A DNA stretch of 64,000 nucleotides from Eledone cirrhosa (lineage: Eukaryota), in the NCBI GenBank assembly GCA_964016885.1, contig OZ024742.1, positions 374,728,001 to 374,792,000 of the forward strand, in the 5' to 3' direction. Under the pieces are notes generated by a model that saw only the letters and a list, made by a program, of their open reading frames with translations, was not told the DNA's origin and ran no database searches. Below, piece after piece: positions 12,801 to 27,300 of this stretch. Each line of letters starts with the position of its first letter. Position 1 is the stretch's first letter. Position numbers and translations under genes: made by a program.

Positions 12801-15800
12801 CTAAGATGACTGTGTCTCACTCATAGGACCGTCATGTTCTGGGGATAGATAGACAGCTAAGATGACTGTGTCTCACTCATAGGACTGTCATGTTCTGGGG
12901 ATAGACAGACAGCTAAGATGACTGTGTCTCACTCATAGGACTGTCATGTTCTGGGGATAGATAGACGGCTAAGATGACTGTGTCTCACTCATAGGACTGT
13001 CATGTTCTGGGGATAGATAGACGGCTAAGATGACTGTGTCTCACTCATAGGACTGTCATGTTCTGGGGATAGACAGACAGCTAAGATGACTGTGTCTCAT
13101 TCATAGGACTGTCATGTTCTGGGAATAGATAGACAGCTAAGATGACTGTGTCACACTCATAGCACTGTCATGTTCTGGGGATAGATAGACAGCTAAGATG
13201 ACTGCGTCTCACTCAGAGGACTGTCATGTCTGGGGATAGACAGCTAAGATGACAGTGTCTCACTCATAGGACTGTCATTTTCTTGGGATAGACAGCTAAG
13301 ACGACTGTGTCTCACTCATAGGACTGTCCTATTCTGGAGATAGATAGAGAGCTAAGATGACTGTGTCACACTCATAGGACTGTCATGTTTCGGGGATAGA
13401 CAGCTAAGATGACTGTCTCACTCATAGGACTGTCATGTACTGGGGATAGATAGACAGCGAAGATGACTGTGTCACACTCTTAGGACTGTTCATGTTCCGG
13501 GAATAGACGGCTTCGATGACTGTGTCTCACTCATAGGACTGTCATGTTCTGGGGATAGACAGACAGCTAAGATGACTGTGTCTCACTGATAGGACTGTCA
13601 TGTTCTGGGGATAGACAGACAGCTAAGGTGACTGTGTCTCACTCAACGGACTGTCATGTTCTGGGGACAGACAGACAGCTAAGATGACTGTGTCACACTC
13701 ATAGGACTGTCATGTTCTGGGGATAGATAGACAGCTAAGATGACTGTGTCTCACTCATAGGACTGTCATGTTCTGGGGATAGACAGACAGCTAAGATGAC
13801 TGTGTCTCACTGATAGGACTGTCATGTTCTGGGGACAGACACACAGCTAAGATGACTGTCACACTCATAGGACTGTCCTGTACTGGGAATAGACAGCTAA
13901 GATGGCTGCGTCTCACTCATAGGAGTCATCTTCTGGGGATAGACAGACAGCTAAGTTGACTGTCTCACACATAGGACTGTCATGTACTTGGGATAGACAG
14001 CTAAGATGACAGTGTCTCACTCATAGGACTGTCCTGTTCTGGGGACAGACAGCTAAGATGACTGTCTCACTCATAGGACTGTCATGTACTGGGGATAGAC
14101 ATCTAAGATGGCTGCGTCTCACTCATAGGACTGTCATGTTCTAGGGAGACACAGCTAAGATGACTGTGTCTCACTCATAGGACTGTCATGTTCTGGGGAT
14201 AGATAGACAGCTAAGATAACTGTGTCTCACTCATAGGACTGTCATGTTCTGGGGATAGATAGACAGCTAAGATTACTGTGTCTCACTGATAGGACTGTCA
14301 TGTTCTGGGGATAGATAGACAGCTAAGATGACTGTGTCTCACTCATAGGACTGTCATGTTCTGGGGACAGACAGATAGCTAAGATGACTGTGTCTCACTG
14401 ATAGGACTGTCATGTTCTGGGGATAGATAGACAGCTAAGATGACTGTCTCACTCATAGGACTGTCATGTTCTGGGGATAGACAGACAGCTAAGATGACTG
14501 TGTCTCACTCATAGGACTGTCATGTTCTGGGGATAGATAGACAGCTAAGATGACTGTCTCACTCATAGGACTGTCATGTTCTGGGGATAGACAGACAGCT
14601 AAGATGACTGTGTCTCACTCATAGGACTGTCATGTTCTGGGGATAGACAGACAGCTAAGATGACTGTGTCACACTCATAGGACTGTCATGTTCTGGGGAT
14701 AGATAGACAGCTAAGATGACTGTCTCACTCATAGGACTGTCATGTTCTGGGGACAGACAGACAGCTAAGATGACTGTGTCTCACTCATAGGACTGTCATG
14801 TTCTGGGGATAGATAGACAGCTAAGATGACTGTGTCACACTCATAGGACTGTCATGTTCTGGGGATAGATAGACAGCTAAGATGACTGTGTCTCACTCAC
14901 AGGACTGTCATGTTCTGGAGATAGACGGCTAAGATGACTGTCTCACTCATAGGACTGTCATGTACTGGGGATAGATAGACAGCGAAGATGACTGTGTCAC
15001 ACTCATAGGACTGTCATGTTCTGGGGACAGACAAACAGCTAAGATGACTGTGTCTCACTCATAGGACTGACATGTTCTAGGGAGACACAGCTAAGATGAC
15101 TGTGTCTCACTCATAGGACTGTCATGTTCTGGGGATAGATAGACAGCTAAGATGACTGTGTGTCACTCATAGGACTGTCATGCTCTGGGGATAGATAGAC
15201 AGCTAAGATGACTGTGTCTCACTGATAGGACTGTCATGTTCTGGGGATAGTTCGACAGCTAAGATGACTGTGTCTCACTCATAGGACTGTCATGTTCTGG
15301 GGACAGACAGACAGCTAAGATGACTGTGTCTCACTGATAGGACTGTCATGTTCTGGGGATAGACAGACAGCTAAGATGACTGTGTCTCACTGATAGGACT
15401 GTCATGTTCTGGGGATAGACAGACAGCTAAGATGACTGTGTCTCACTCATAGGACTGTCATGTTCTGGGGATAGACAGCTAAGATGACTGTGTCTCACTG
15501 ATAGGACTGTCATGTTCTGGGGATAGATAAACAGCTAAGATGACTGTGTCTCACTCATAGGACTGTCATGTTCTGGGGATAGACAGCTAAGATGACTGTG
15601 TCTCACTGATAGGACTGTCATGTTCTGGGGATAGATAGACAGCTAAGATGACTGTGTCACACTCATAGGACTGTCATGTTCTGGGGATAGACAGCTAAGA
15701 TGACTGTGTCTCACTCATAGGACTGTCATGTTCTGGGGATAGACAGACAGCTAAGATGACTGTGTCTCACTCATAGGACTGTCATGTTCTGGGGATAGAT

Positions 15801-18800
15801 AGACAGCTAAGATGACTGTCTCACTCATAGGACTGTCATGTTCTGGGGATAGACAGACAGCTAAGATGACTGTGTCTCACTGATAGGACTGTCATGTTCT
15901 GGGGATAGACAGACAGCTAAGATGACTGTGTCTCACTCATAGGACTGTCATGTTCTGGGGATAGATAGACAGCTAAGATGACTGTGTCTCACTGATAGGA
16001 CTGTCATGTTTTGGGATAGATAGACAGCTAAGATGACTGTGTCTCACTCATAGGACTGTCATGTTCTGGGGATAGATAGACAGCTAAGATGACTGTGTCA
16101 CACTCATAGGACTGTCATGTTCTGGGGATAGACAGACAGCTAAGATGACTGTCTCACTCATAGGACTGTCATGTTCTGGGGATAGACAGACAGCTAAGAT
16201 GACTGTGTCTCTCTGATAGGACTGTCATGTTCTGGGGATAGACAGACAGCTAAGATGACTGTGTCTCACTCATAGGACTGTCATGTTCTGGGGATAGATA
16301 GACAGCTAAGATGACTGTGTCTCACTCATAGGACTGTCATGTTCTGGGGATAGATAGACAGCTAAGATGACTGTGTCTCACTCATAGGACTGTCATGTTC
16401 TGGGGATAGACACACAGCTAAGATGACTGTGTCTCACTCATAGGACTGTCATGTTCTGGGGATAGATAGACAGCTAAGATGACTGTGTCACACTCATAGG
16501 ACTGTCATGTTCTGGGGATAGATAGACAGCTAAGATGACTGTGTCTCACTCATAGGACTGTCATGTTCTGGGAATAGATAGACAGCTAAGATGACTGTGT
16601 CTCACTCATAGGACTGTCATGTTCTGGGGATAGACAGACAGCTAAGATGACTGTGTCTCACTGATAGGACTGTCATGTTCTGGGGATAGACAGACAGCTA
16701 AGATGACTGTGTCTCACTCATAGGACTGTCATGTTCTGGGGATAGACAGACAGCTAAGATGACTGTGTCTCACTCATAGGACTGTCATGTTCTGGGGATA
16801 GATAGACAGCTAAGATGACTGTGTCACACTCATAGGACTGTCATGTTCTGGGGATAGATAGACAGCTAAGATGACTGTGTCTCACTCATAGGACTGTCAT
16901 GTTCTGGGGATAGACAGACAGCTAAGATGACTGTGTCTCACTGATAGGACTGTCATGTTCTGGGGATAGACAGACAGCTAAGATGACTGTGTCTCACTCA
17001 TAGGACTGTCATGTTCTGGGGATAGATAGACAGCTAAGATGACTGTGTCACACTCATAGGATTGTCATGTTCTGGGGATAGATAGACAGCTAAGATGACC
17101 GTGTCTCACTCATAGGACTGTCATGTTCTGGGGATAGACAGACAGCTAAGATGACTGTGTCTCACTCATAGGACTGTCATGTTCTGGGGATAGAGAGACA
17201 GCTAAGATGACTGTGTCTCACTCATAGGACTGTCATGTTCTGGGGATAGATAGACAGCTAAATGACTGTGTCTCACTCATAGGACTGTCATGTTCTGGGG
17301 ATAGATAGACAGCTAAGATGACTGTGTCTCACTCATAGGACTGTCATGTTCTGGGGATAGACAGACAGCTAAGATGACTGTGTCTCACTCATAGGACTGT
17401 CATGTTCTGGGGATAGATAGACAGCTAAGATGACTGTGTCTCACTCATAGGACCGTCATGTTCTGGGGATAGATAGACATCTAAGATGACTGTGTCTCAC
17501 TCATAGGACTGTCATGTTCTGGGGATAGACAGACAGCTAAGATGACTGTGTCTCACTCATAGGACTGTCATGTTCTGGGGATAGATAGACGGCTAAGATG
17601 ACTGTGTCTCACTCATAGGACTGTCATGTTCTGGGGATAGATAGACGGCTAAGATGACTGTGTCTCACTCATAGGACTGTCATGTTCTGGGGATAGACAG
17701 ACAGCTAAGATGACTGTGTCTCATTCATAGGACTGTCATGTTCTGGGAATAGATAGACAGCTAAGATGACTGTGTCACACTCATAGCACTGTCATGTTCT
17801 GGGGATAGATAGACAGCTAAGATGACTGCGTCTCACTCAGAGGACTGTCATGTCTGGGGATAGACAGCTAAGATGACAGTGTCTCACTCATAGGACTGTC
17901 ATTTTCTTGTGATAGACAGCTAAGACGACTGTGTCTCACTCATAGGACTGTCCTATTCTGGAGATAGATAGAGAGCTAAGATGACTGTGTCACACTCATA
18001 GGACTGTCATGTTTCGGGGATAGACAGCTAAGATGACTGTCTCACTCATAGGACTGTCATGTACTGGGGATAGATAGACAGCGAAGATGACTGTGTCACA
18101 CTCTTAGGACTGTTCATGTTCCGGGAATAGACGGCTTCGATGACTGTGTCTCACTCATAGGACTGTCATGTTCTGGGGATAGACAGACAGCTAAGATGAC
18201 TGTGTCTCACTGATAGGACTGTCATGTTCTGGGGATAGACAGACAGCTAAGGTGACTGTGTCTCACTCAACGGACTGTCATGTTCTGGGGACAGACAGAC
18301 AGCTAAGATGACTGTGTCACACTCATAGGACTGTCATGTTCTGGGGATAGATAGACAGCTAAGATGACTGTGTCTCACTCATAGGACTGTCATGTTCTGG
18401 GGATAGACAGACAGCTAAGATGACTGTGTCTCACTGATAGGACTGTCATGTTCTGGGGACAGACACACAGCTAAGATGACTGTCACACTCATAGGACTGT
18501 CCTGTACTGGGAATAGACAGCTAAGATGGCTGCGTCTCACTCATAGGAGTCATCTTCTGGGGATAGACAGACAGCTAAGTTGACTGTCTCACACATAGGA
18601 CTGTCATGTACTTGGGATAGACAGCTAAGATGACAGTGTCTCACTCATAGGACTGTCCTGTTCTGGGGACAGACAGCTAAGATGACTGTCTCACTCATAG
18701 GACTGTCATGTACTGGGGATAGACATCTAAGATGGCTGCGTCTCACTCATAGGACTGTCATGTTCTAGGGAGACACAGCTAAGATGACTGTGTCTCACTC

Positions 18801-19050
18801 ATAGGACTGTCATGTTCTGGGGATAGATAGACAGCTAAGATAACTGTGTCTCACTCATAGGACTGTCATGTTCTGGGGATAGATAGACAGCTAAGATTAC
18901 TGTGTCTCACTGATAGGACTGTCATGTTCTGGGGATAGATAGACAGCTAAGATGACTGTGTCTCACTCATAGGACTGTCATGTTCTGGGGACAGACAGAT
19001 AGCTAAGATGACTGTGTCTCACTGATAGGACTGTCATGTTCTGGGGATAG
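9890..19050 (+). repeat. Tandem segmental duplication, offset 4624 bp (about 9.9-14.4 kb vs 14.5-19.05 kb)
   Basis: Markers GACTGACATG 10441/15065, TTCGACAG 10627/15251 and CCGGGAATAG 13497/18121. The GATAGAGAGACAG variant (about 12565 and 17190) appears in both copies. Confidence 0.9.
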
Positions 19051-22000
19051 ACAGACAGCTAAGATGACTGTGTCTCACTGATAGGACTGTCATGTTCTGG
19101 GGATAGACAGACAGCTAAGATGACTGTCTCACTCATAGGACTGTCATGTTCTGGGGATAGATAGACAGCTAAGATGACTGTGTCTCACTCATAGGACTGT
19201 CATGTTCTGGGGATAGACAGCTAAGATGACTGTGTCTCACTGATAGGACTGTCATGTTCTGGGGATAGATAAACAGCTAAGATGACTGTGTCTCACTCAT
19301 AGGACTGTCATGTTCTGGGGATAGACAGCTAAGATGACTGTGTCTCACTGATAGGACTGTCATGTTCTGGGGATAGATAGACAGCTAAGATGACTGTGTC
19401 ACACTCATAGGACTGTCATGTTCTGGGGATAGACAGACAGCTAAGATGACTGTGTCTCACTCATAGGACTGTCATGTTCTGGGGATAGATAGACAGCTAA
19501 GATGACTGTCTCACTCATAGGACTGTCATGTTCTGGGGACAGACAGACAGCTAAGATGACTGTGTCTCACTGATAGGACTGTCATGTTCTGGGGATAGAC
19601 AGACAGCTAAGATGACTGTGTCTCACTCATAGGACTGTCATGTTCTGGGGATAGACGGCTAAGATGACTGTCTCACTCATAGGACTGTCATGTACTGGGG
19701 ATAGATAGACAGCTAAGATGACTGTGTCACACTCATAGGACTGTCATGTTCTGGGGACAGACAAACAGCTAAGATGACTGTGTCTCACTGATAGGACTGT
19801 CATGTTCTAGCGAGACACAGCTAAGATGACTGTGTCTCACTCATAGGACTGTCATGTTCTGGGGATAGATAGACAGCTAAGATGACTGTGTCTCACTCAT
19901 AGGACTGTCATGTTCTGGGGATAGATAGACAGCTAAGATGACTGTGTCTCACTGATAGGACTGTCATGTTCTGGGGATAGATCGACAGCTAAGATGACTG
20001 TGTCTCACTCATAGGACTGTCATGTTCTGGGGACAGACAGACAGCTAAGATGACTGTGTCTCACTGATAGGACTGTCATGTTCTGGGGATAGACAGACAG
20101 CTAAGATGACTGTCTCACTCATAGGACTGTCATGTTCTGGGTATAGACAGACAGCTAAGATGACTGTCTCACTCATAAGACTGTCATGTACTGGGGATAG
20201 ACAGACAGCTAAGATGACTGTGTCTCACTCATAGGACTGTCATGTTCTGGGGATAGACAGCTAAGATGACTGTGTCTCACTGATAGGACTGTCATGTTCT
20301 GGGGATAGATAAACAGCTAAGATGACTGTGTCTCACTCATAGGACTGTCATGTTCTGGGGATAGACAGCTAAGATGACTGTGTCTCACTGATAGGACTGT
20401 CATGTTCTGGGGATAGATAGACAGCTAAGATGACTGTGTCACACTCATAGGACTGTCATGTTCTGGGGATAGACAGCTAAGATGACTGTGTCTCACTCAT
20501 AGGACTGTCATGTTCTGGGGATAGACAGACAGCTAAGATGACTGTGTCTCACTCATAGGACTGTCATGTTCTGGGGATAGATAGACAGCTAAGATGACTG
20601 TCTCACTCATAGGACTGTCATGTTCTGGGGATAGACAGACAGCTAAGATGACTGTGTCTCACTGATAGGACTGTCATGTTCTGGGGATAGACAGACAGCT
20701 AAGATGACTGTGTCTCACTCATAGGACTGTCATATTCTGGGGATAGATAGACAGCTAAGATGACTGTGTCTCACTGATAGGACTGTCATGTTCTGGGGAT
20801 AGATAGACAGCTAAGATGACTGTGTCTCACTCATAGGACTGTCATGTTCTGGGGATAGATAGACAGCTAAGATGACTGTGTCACACTCATAGGACTGTCA
20901 TGTTCTGGGGATAGACAGACAGCTAAGATGACTGTCTCACTCATAGGACTGTCATGTTCTGGGGATAGACAGACAGCTAAGATGACTGTGTCTCTCTGAT
21001 AGGACTGTCATGTTCTGGGGATAGACAGACAGCTAAGATGACTGTGTCTCACTCATAGGACTGTCATGTTCTGGGGATAGATAGACAGCTAAGATGACTG
21101 TGTCTCACTGATAGGACTGTCATGTTCTGGGGATAGACAGGCAGCTAAGATGACTGTGTCTCACTCATAGGACTGTCATGTTCTGGGGATAGACAGACAG
21201 CTAAGATGACTGTGTCTCACTGATAGGACTGTCATGTTCTGGTGATAGACAGACAGCTAAGATGACTGTGTCTCACTCATAGGACTGTCATGTTCTGGGG
21301 ATAGATAGACAGCTAAGATGACTGTGTCTCACTCATAGGACTGTCATGTTCTGGGGATAGATAGACAGCTAAGATGACTGTGTCTCACTCATAGGACTGT
21401 CATGTTCTGGGGATAGACAGACAGCTTAGATGACTGTGTCTCACTCATAGGACTGTCATGTTCTGGGGATAGATAGACAGCTAAGATGACTGTGTCACAC
21501 TCATAGGACTGTCATGTTCTGGGGATAGATAGACAGCTAAGATGACTGTGTCTCACTCATAGGACTGTCATGTTCTGGGGATAGACAGACAGCTAAGATG
21601 ACTGTGTCTCACTGATAGGACTGTCATGTTCTGGGGATAGACAGACAGCTAAGATGACTGTGTCTCACTCATAGGACTGTCATATTCTGGGGATAGATAG
21701 ACAGCTAAGATGACTGTGTCTCACTCATAGGACTGTCATGTTCTGGGGATAGATAGACAGCTAAGATGACTGTGTCTCGCTCATAGGACTGTCATGTTCT
21801 GGGGATAGACAGACAGCTAAGATGACTGTGTCTCACTCATAGGACTGTCATGTTCTGGGGATAGACAGACAGCTAAGATGATTGTGTCTCACTCATAGGA
21901 CTGTCATGTTCTGGGGATAGATAGACAGCTAAGATGACTGTGTCTCACTCATAGGACTGTCATGTTCTGGGGATAGATAGACAGCTAAGATGACTGTGTC

Positions 22001-24364
22001 TCACTCATAGGACTGTCATGTTCTGGGGATAGATAGACAGCTAAGATGACTGTGTCTCACTCATAGGACTGTCATGTTCTGGGGATAGACAGACAGCTAA
22101 GATGACTGTGTCACACTCATAGGACTGTCATGTTCTGGGGATAGATAGACAGCTAAGATGACTGTGTCTCACTCATAGGACTGTCCTGTACTGGGAATAG
22201 ACAGCTAAGATGGCTGCGTCTCACTCATAGGAGTCATCTTCTGGGGATAGACAGACAGCTAAGTTGACTGTCTCACACATAGGACTGTCATGTACTTGGG
22301 ATAGACAGCTAAGATGACAGTGTCTCACTCATAGGACTGTCCTGTTCTGGGGACAGACAGCTAAGATGACTGTCTCACTCATAGGACTGTCATGTACTGG
22401 GGATAGACATCTAAGATGGCTGCGTCTCACTCATAGGACTGTCATGTTCTAGGGAGACACAGCTAAGATGACTGTGTCTCACTCATAGGACTGTCATGTT
22501 CTGGGGATAGATAGACAGCTAAGATAACTGTGTCTCACTCATAGGACTGTCATGTTCTGGGGATAGATAGACAGCTAAGATTACTGTGTCTCACTGATAG
22601 GACTGTCATGTTCTGGGGATAGATAGACAGCTAAGATGACTGTGTCTCACTCATAGGGCTGTCATGTTCTGGGGATAGACAGACAGCTAAGATGACTGTG
22701 TCTCACTTATAGGACTGTCATGTTCTGGGGATAGATAGACAGCTAAGATGACTGTGTCTCACTCATAGGACTGTCATGTTCTGGGGATAGATAGACAGCT
22801 AAGATGACTGTGTCTCACTCATAGGACTGTCATGTTCTGGGGATAGACAGACAGCTAAGATGACTGTGTCTCACTCATAGGACTGTCATGTTCTGGGGAT
22901 AGATAGACAGCTAAGATGACTGTGTCACACTCATTGGACTGTCATGTTCTGGGGATAGATAGACAGCTAAGATGACTGTGTCTCACTCATAGGACTGTCA
23001 TGTTCTGGGGATAGACAGACAGCTAAGATGACTGTGTCTCACTGATAGGACTGTCATGTTCTGGTGATAGACAGACAGCTAAGATGACTGTGTCTCACTC
23101 ATAGGACTGTCATGTTCTGGGGATAGATAGACAGCTAAGATGACTGTGTCTCACTCATAGGTCTGTCATGTTCTGGGGATAGATAGACAGCTAAGATGAC
23201 TGTGTCTCACTCATAGGACTGTCATGTTCTGGGGATAGACAGACAGCTAAGATGACTGTGTCTCACTGATAGGACTGTCATGTTCTGGGGATAGACAGAC
23301 AGCTAAGATGACTGTGTCTCACTCATAGGACTGTCATGTTCTGGGGATAGATAGACAGCTAAGATGACTGTGTCTCACTCATAGGACTGTCATGTTCTGG
23401 GGATAGATAGACAGCTAAGATGACTGTGTCTCGCTCATAGGACTGTCATGTTCTGGGGATAGACAGACAGCTAAGATGACTGTGTCTCACTCATAGGACT
23501 GTCATGTTCTGGGGATAGACAGACAGCTAAGATGACTGTGTCTCACTCATAGGACTGTCATGTTCTGGGGATAGATAGACAGCTAAGATGACTGTGTCAC
23601 ACTCATAGGACTGTCATGTTCTGGGGATAGATAGACAGCTAAGATGACTGTGTCTCACTCATAGGACTATCATGTTCTGGGGATAGACAGACAGCTAAGA
23701 TGACTGTGTCTCACTGATAGGACTGTCATGTTCTGGGGATAGACAGACAGCTAAGATGATTGTGTCTCACTCATAGGACTGTCATGTTCTGGGGATAGAT
23801 AGACAGCTAAGATGACTGTGTCTCACTCATAGGACTGTCATGTTCTGGGGATAGATAGACAGCTAAGATGACTGTGTCTCACTCATAGGACTGTCATGTT
23901 CTGGGGATAGAAAGACAGCTAAGATGACTGTGTCTCACTCATAGGACTGTCATGTTCTGGGGATAGACAGACAGCTAAGATGACTGTGTCACACTCATAG
24001 GACTGTCATGTTCTGGGGATAGATAGACAGCTAAGATGACTGTGTCTCACTCATAGGACTGTCCTGTACTGGGAATAGACAGCTAAGATAGCTGCGTCTC
24101 ACTCATAGGAGTCATCTTCTGGGGATAGACAGACAGCTAAGTTGACTGTCTCACACATAGGACTGTCATGTACTTGGGATAGACAGCTAAGATGACAGTG
24201 TCTCACTCATAGGACTGTCCTGTTCTGGGGACAGACAGCTAAGATGACTGTCTCACTCATAGGACTGTCATGTACTGGGGATTGACATCTAAGATGGCTG
24301 CGTCTCACTCATAGGACTGTCATGTTCTAGGGAGACACAGCTAAGATGACTGTGTCTCACTCAT

Positions 24365-27300
24365 AGGACTGTCATGTTCTGGGGATAGATAGACAGCTAA
24401 GATAACTGTGTCTCACTCATAGGACTGTCATGTTCTGGGGATAGATAGACAGCTAAGATTACTGTGTCTCACTCATAGGACTGTCATGTTCTGGGGATAG
24501 ATAGACAGCTAAGATAACTGTGTCTCACTCATAGGGCTGTCATGTTCTGGGGATAGACAGACAGCTAAGATGACTGTGTCTCACTCATAGGACTGTCATG
24601 TTCTGGGGATAGATAGACAGCTAAGATGAATGTGTCTCACTCGTAGGACTGTCATGTTCTGGGGATAGATAGACAGCTAAGATTACTGTGTCTCACTGAT
24701 AGGACTGTCATGTTCTGGGGATAGACAGACAGCTAAGATGACTGTGTCTCACTCATAGGACTGTCATGTTCTGGGGATAGACGGCTAAGATGACTGTCTC
24801 ACTCATAGGACTGTCATGTACTGGGGATAGATAGACAGCTAAGATGACTGTGTCACACTCATAGGACTGTCATGTTCTGGGGACAGACAAACAGCTAAGA
24901 TGACTGTGTCTCACTGATAGGACTGTCATGTTCTAGCGAGACACAGCTAAGATGACTGTGTCTCACTCATAGGACTGTCATGTTCTGGGGATAGATAGAC
25001 AGCTAAGATGACTGTGTCTCACTCATAGGACTGTCATGTTTTGGGGATAGATAGACAGCTAAGATGACTGTGTCTCACTGACAGGACTGTCATGTTCTGG
25101 GGATAGATCGACAGCTAAGATGACTGTGTCTCACTCATAGGACTGTCATGTTCTGGGGACAGACAGACAGCTAAGATGACTGTGTCTCACTGATAGGACT
25201 GTCATGTTCTGGGGATAGACAGACAGCTAAGATGACTGTGTTTCACTGATAGGACTGTCATGTTCTGGGGATAGACAGACAGCTAAGATGACTGTCTCAC
25301 TCATAGGACTGTCATGTTCTGGGGATAGACAGACAGCTAAGATGACTGTCTCACTCATAGGACTGTCATGTACTGGGGATAGACAGACAGCTAAGATGAC
25401 TGTGTCTCACTCATAGGACTGTCATGTTCTGGGGATAGACAGCTAAGATGACTGTGTCTCACTGATAGGACTGTCATGTTCTGGGGATAGACAGCTAAGA
25501 TGACTGTGTCTCACTCATAGGACTGTCATGTTCTGGGGATAGACAGACAGCTAAGATGACTGTGTCTCACTCATAGGACTGTCATGTTCTGGGGATAGAT
25601 AGACAGCTAAGATGACTGTCTCACTCATAGGACTGTCATGTTCTGGGGATAGACAGACAGCTAAGATGACTGTGTCTCACTGATAGGACTGTCATGTTCT
25701 GGGGATAGACAGACAGCTAAGATGACTGTGTCTCACTCATAGGACTGTCATGTTCTGGGGATAGATAGACAGCTAAGATGACTGTGTCTCACTGATAGGA
25801 CTGTCATGTTCTGGGGATAGATAGACAGCTAAGATGACTGTGTCTCACTCATAGGACTGTCATGTTCTGGGGATAGATAGACAGCTAAGATGACTGTGTC
25901 ACACTCATAGGACTGTCATGTTCTGGGGATAGACAGACAGCTAAGATGACTGTCTCACTCATAGGACTGTCATGTTCTGGGGATAGACAGACAGCTAAGA
26001 TGACTGTGTCTCTCTGATAGGACTGTCATGTTCTGGGGATAGACAGACAGCTAAGATGACTGTGTCTCACTCATAGGACTGTCATGTTCTGGGGATAGAT
26101 AGACAGCTAAGATGACTGTGTCTCACTGATAGGACTGTCATGTTCTGGGGATAGACAGACAGCTAAGATGACTGTGTCTCACTCATAGGACTGTCATGTT
26201 CTGGGGATAGATAGACAGCTAAGATGACTGTGTCACACTCATAGGACTGTCATGTTCTGGGGATAGATAGACAGCTAAGATGACTGTGTCTCACTCATAG
26301 GACTGTCATGTTCTGGGGATAGACAGACAGCTAAGATGACTGTGTCTCACTCATAGGACTGTCATGTTCTGGGGATAGATAGACAGCTAAGATGACTGTG
26401 TCACACTCATTGGACTGTCATGTTCTGGGGATAGATAGACAGCTAAGATGACTGTGTCTCACTCATAGGACTGTCATGTTCTGGGGATAGACAGACAGCT
26501 AAGATGACTGTGTCTCACTGATAGGACTGTCATGTTCTGGTGATAGACAGACAGCTAAGATGACTGTGTCTCACTCATAGGACTGTCATGTTCTGGGGAT
26601 AGATAGACAGCTAAGATGACTGTGTCTCACTCATAGGTCTGTCATGTTCTGGGGATAGATAGACAGCTAAGATGACTGTGTCTCACTCATAGGACTGTCA
26701 TGTTCTGGGGATAGACAGACAGCTAAGATGACTGTGTCTCACTGATAGGACTGTCATGTTCTGGGGATAGACAGACAGCTAAGATGACTGTGTCTCACTC
26801 ATAGGACTGTCATGTTCTGGGGATAGATAGACAGCTAAGATGACTGTGTCTCACTCATAGGACTGTCATGTTCTGGGGATAGATAGACAGCTAAGATGAC
26901 TGTGTCTCGCTCATAGGACTGTCATGTTCTGGGGATAGACAGACAGCTAAGATGACTGTGTCTCACTCATAGGACTGTCATGTTCTGGGGATAGACAGAC
27001 AGCCAAGATGACTGTGTCTCACTCATAGGACTGTCATGTTCTGGGGATAGATAGACAGCTAAGATGACTGTGTCACACTCATAGGACTGTCATGTTCTGG
27101 GGATAGATAGACAGCTAAGATGACTGTGTCTCACTCATAGGACTATCATGTTCTGGGTATAGACAGACAGCTAAGATGACTGTGTCTCACTGATAGGACT
27201 GTCATGTTCTGGGGATAGACAGACAGCTAAGATGATTGTGTCTCACTCATAGGACTGTCATGTTCTGGGGATAGATAGACAGCTAAGATGACTGTGTCTC

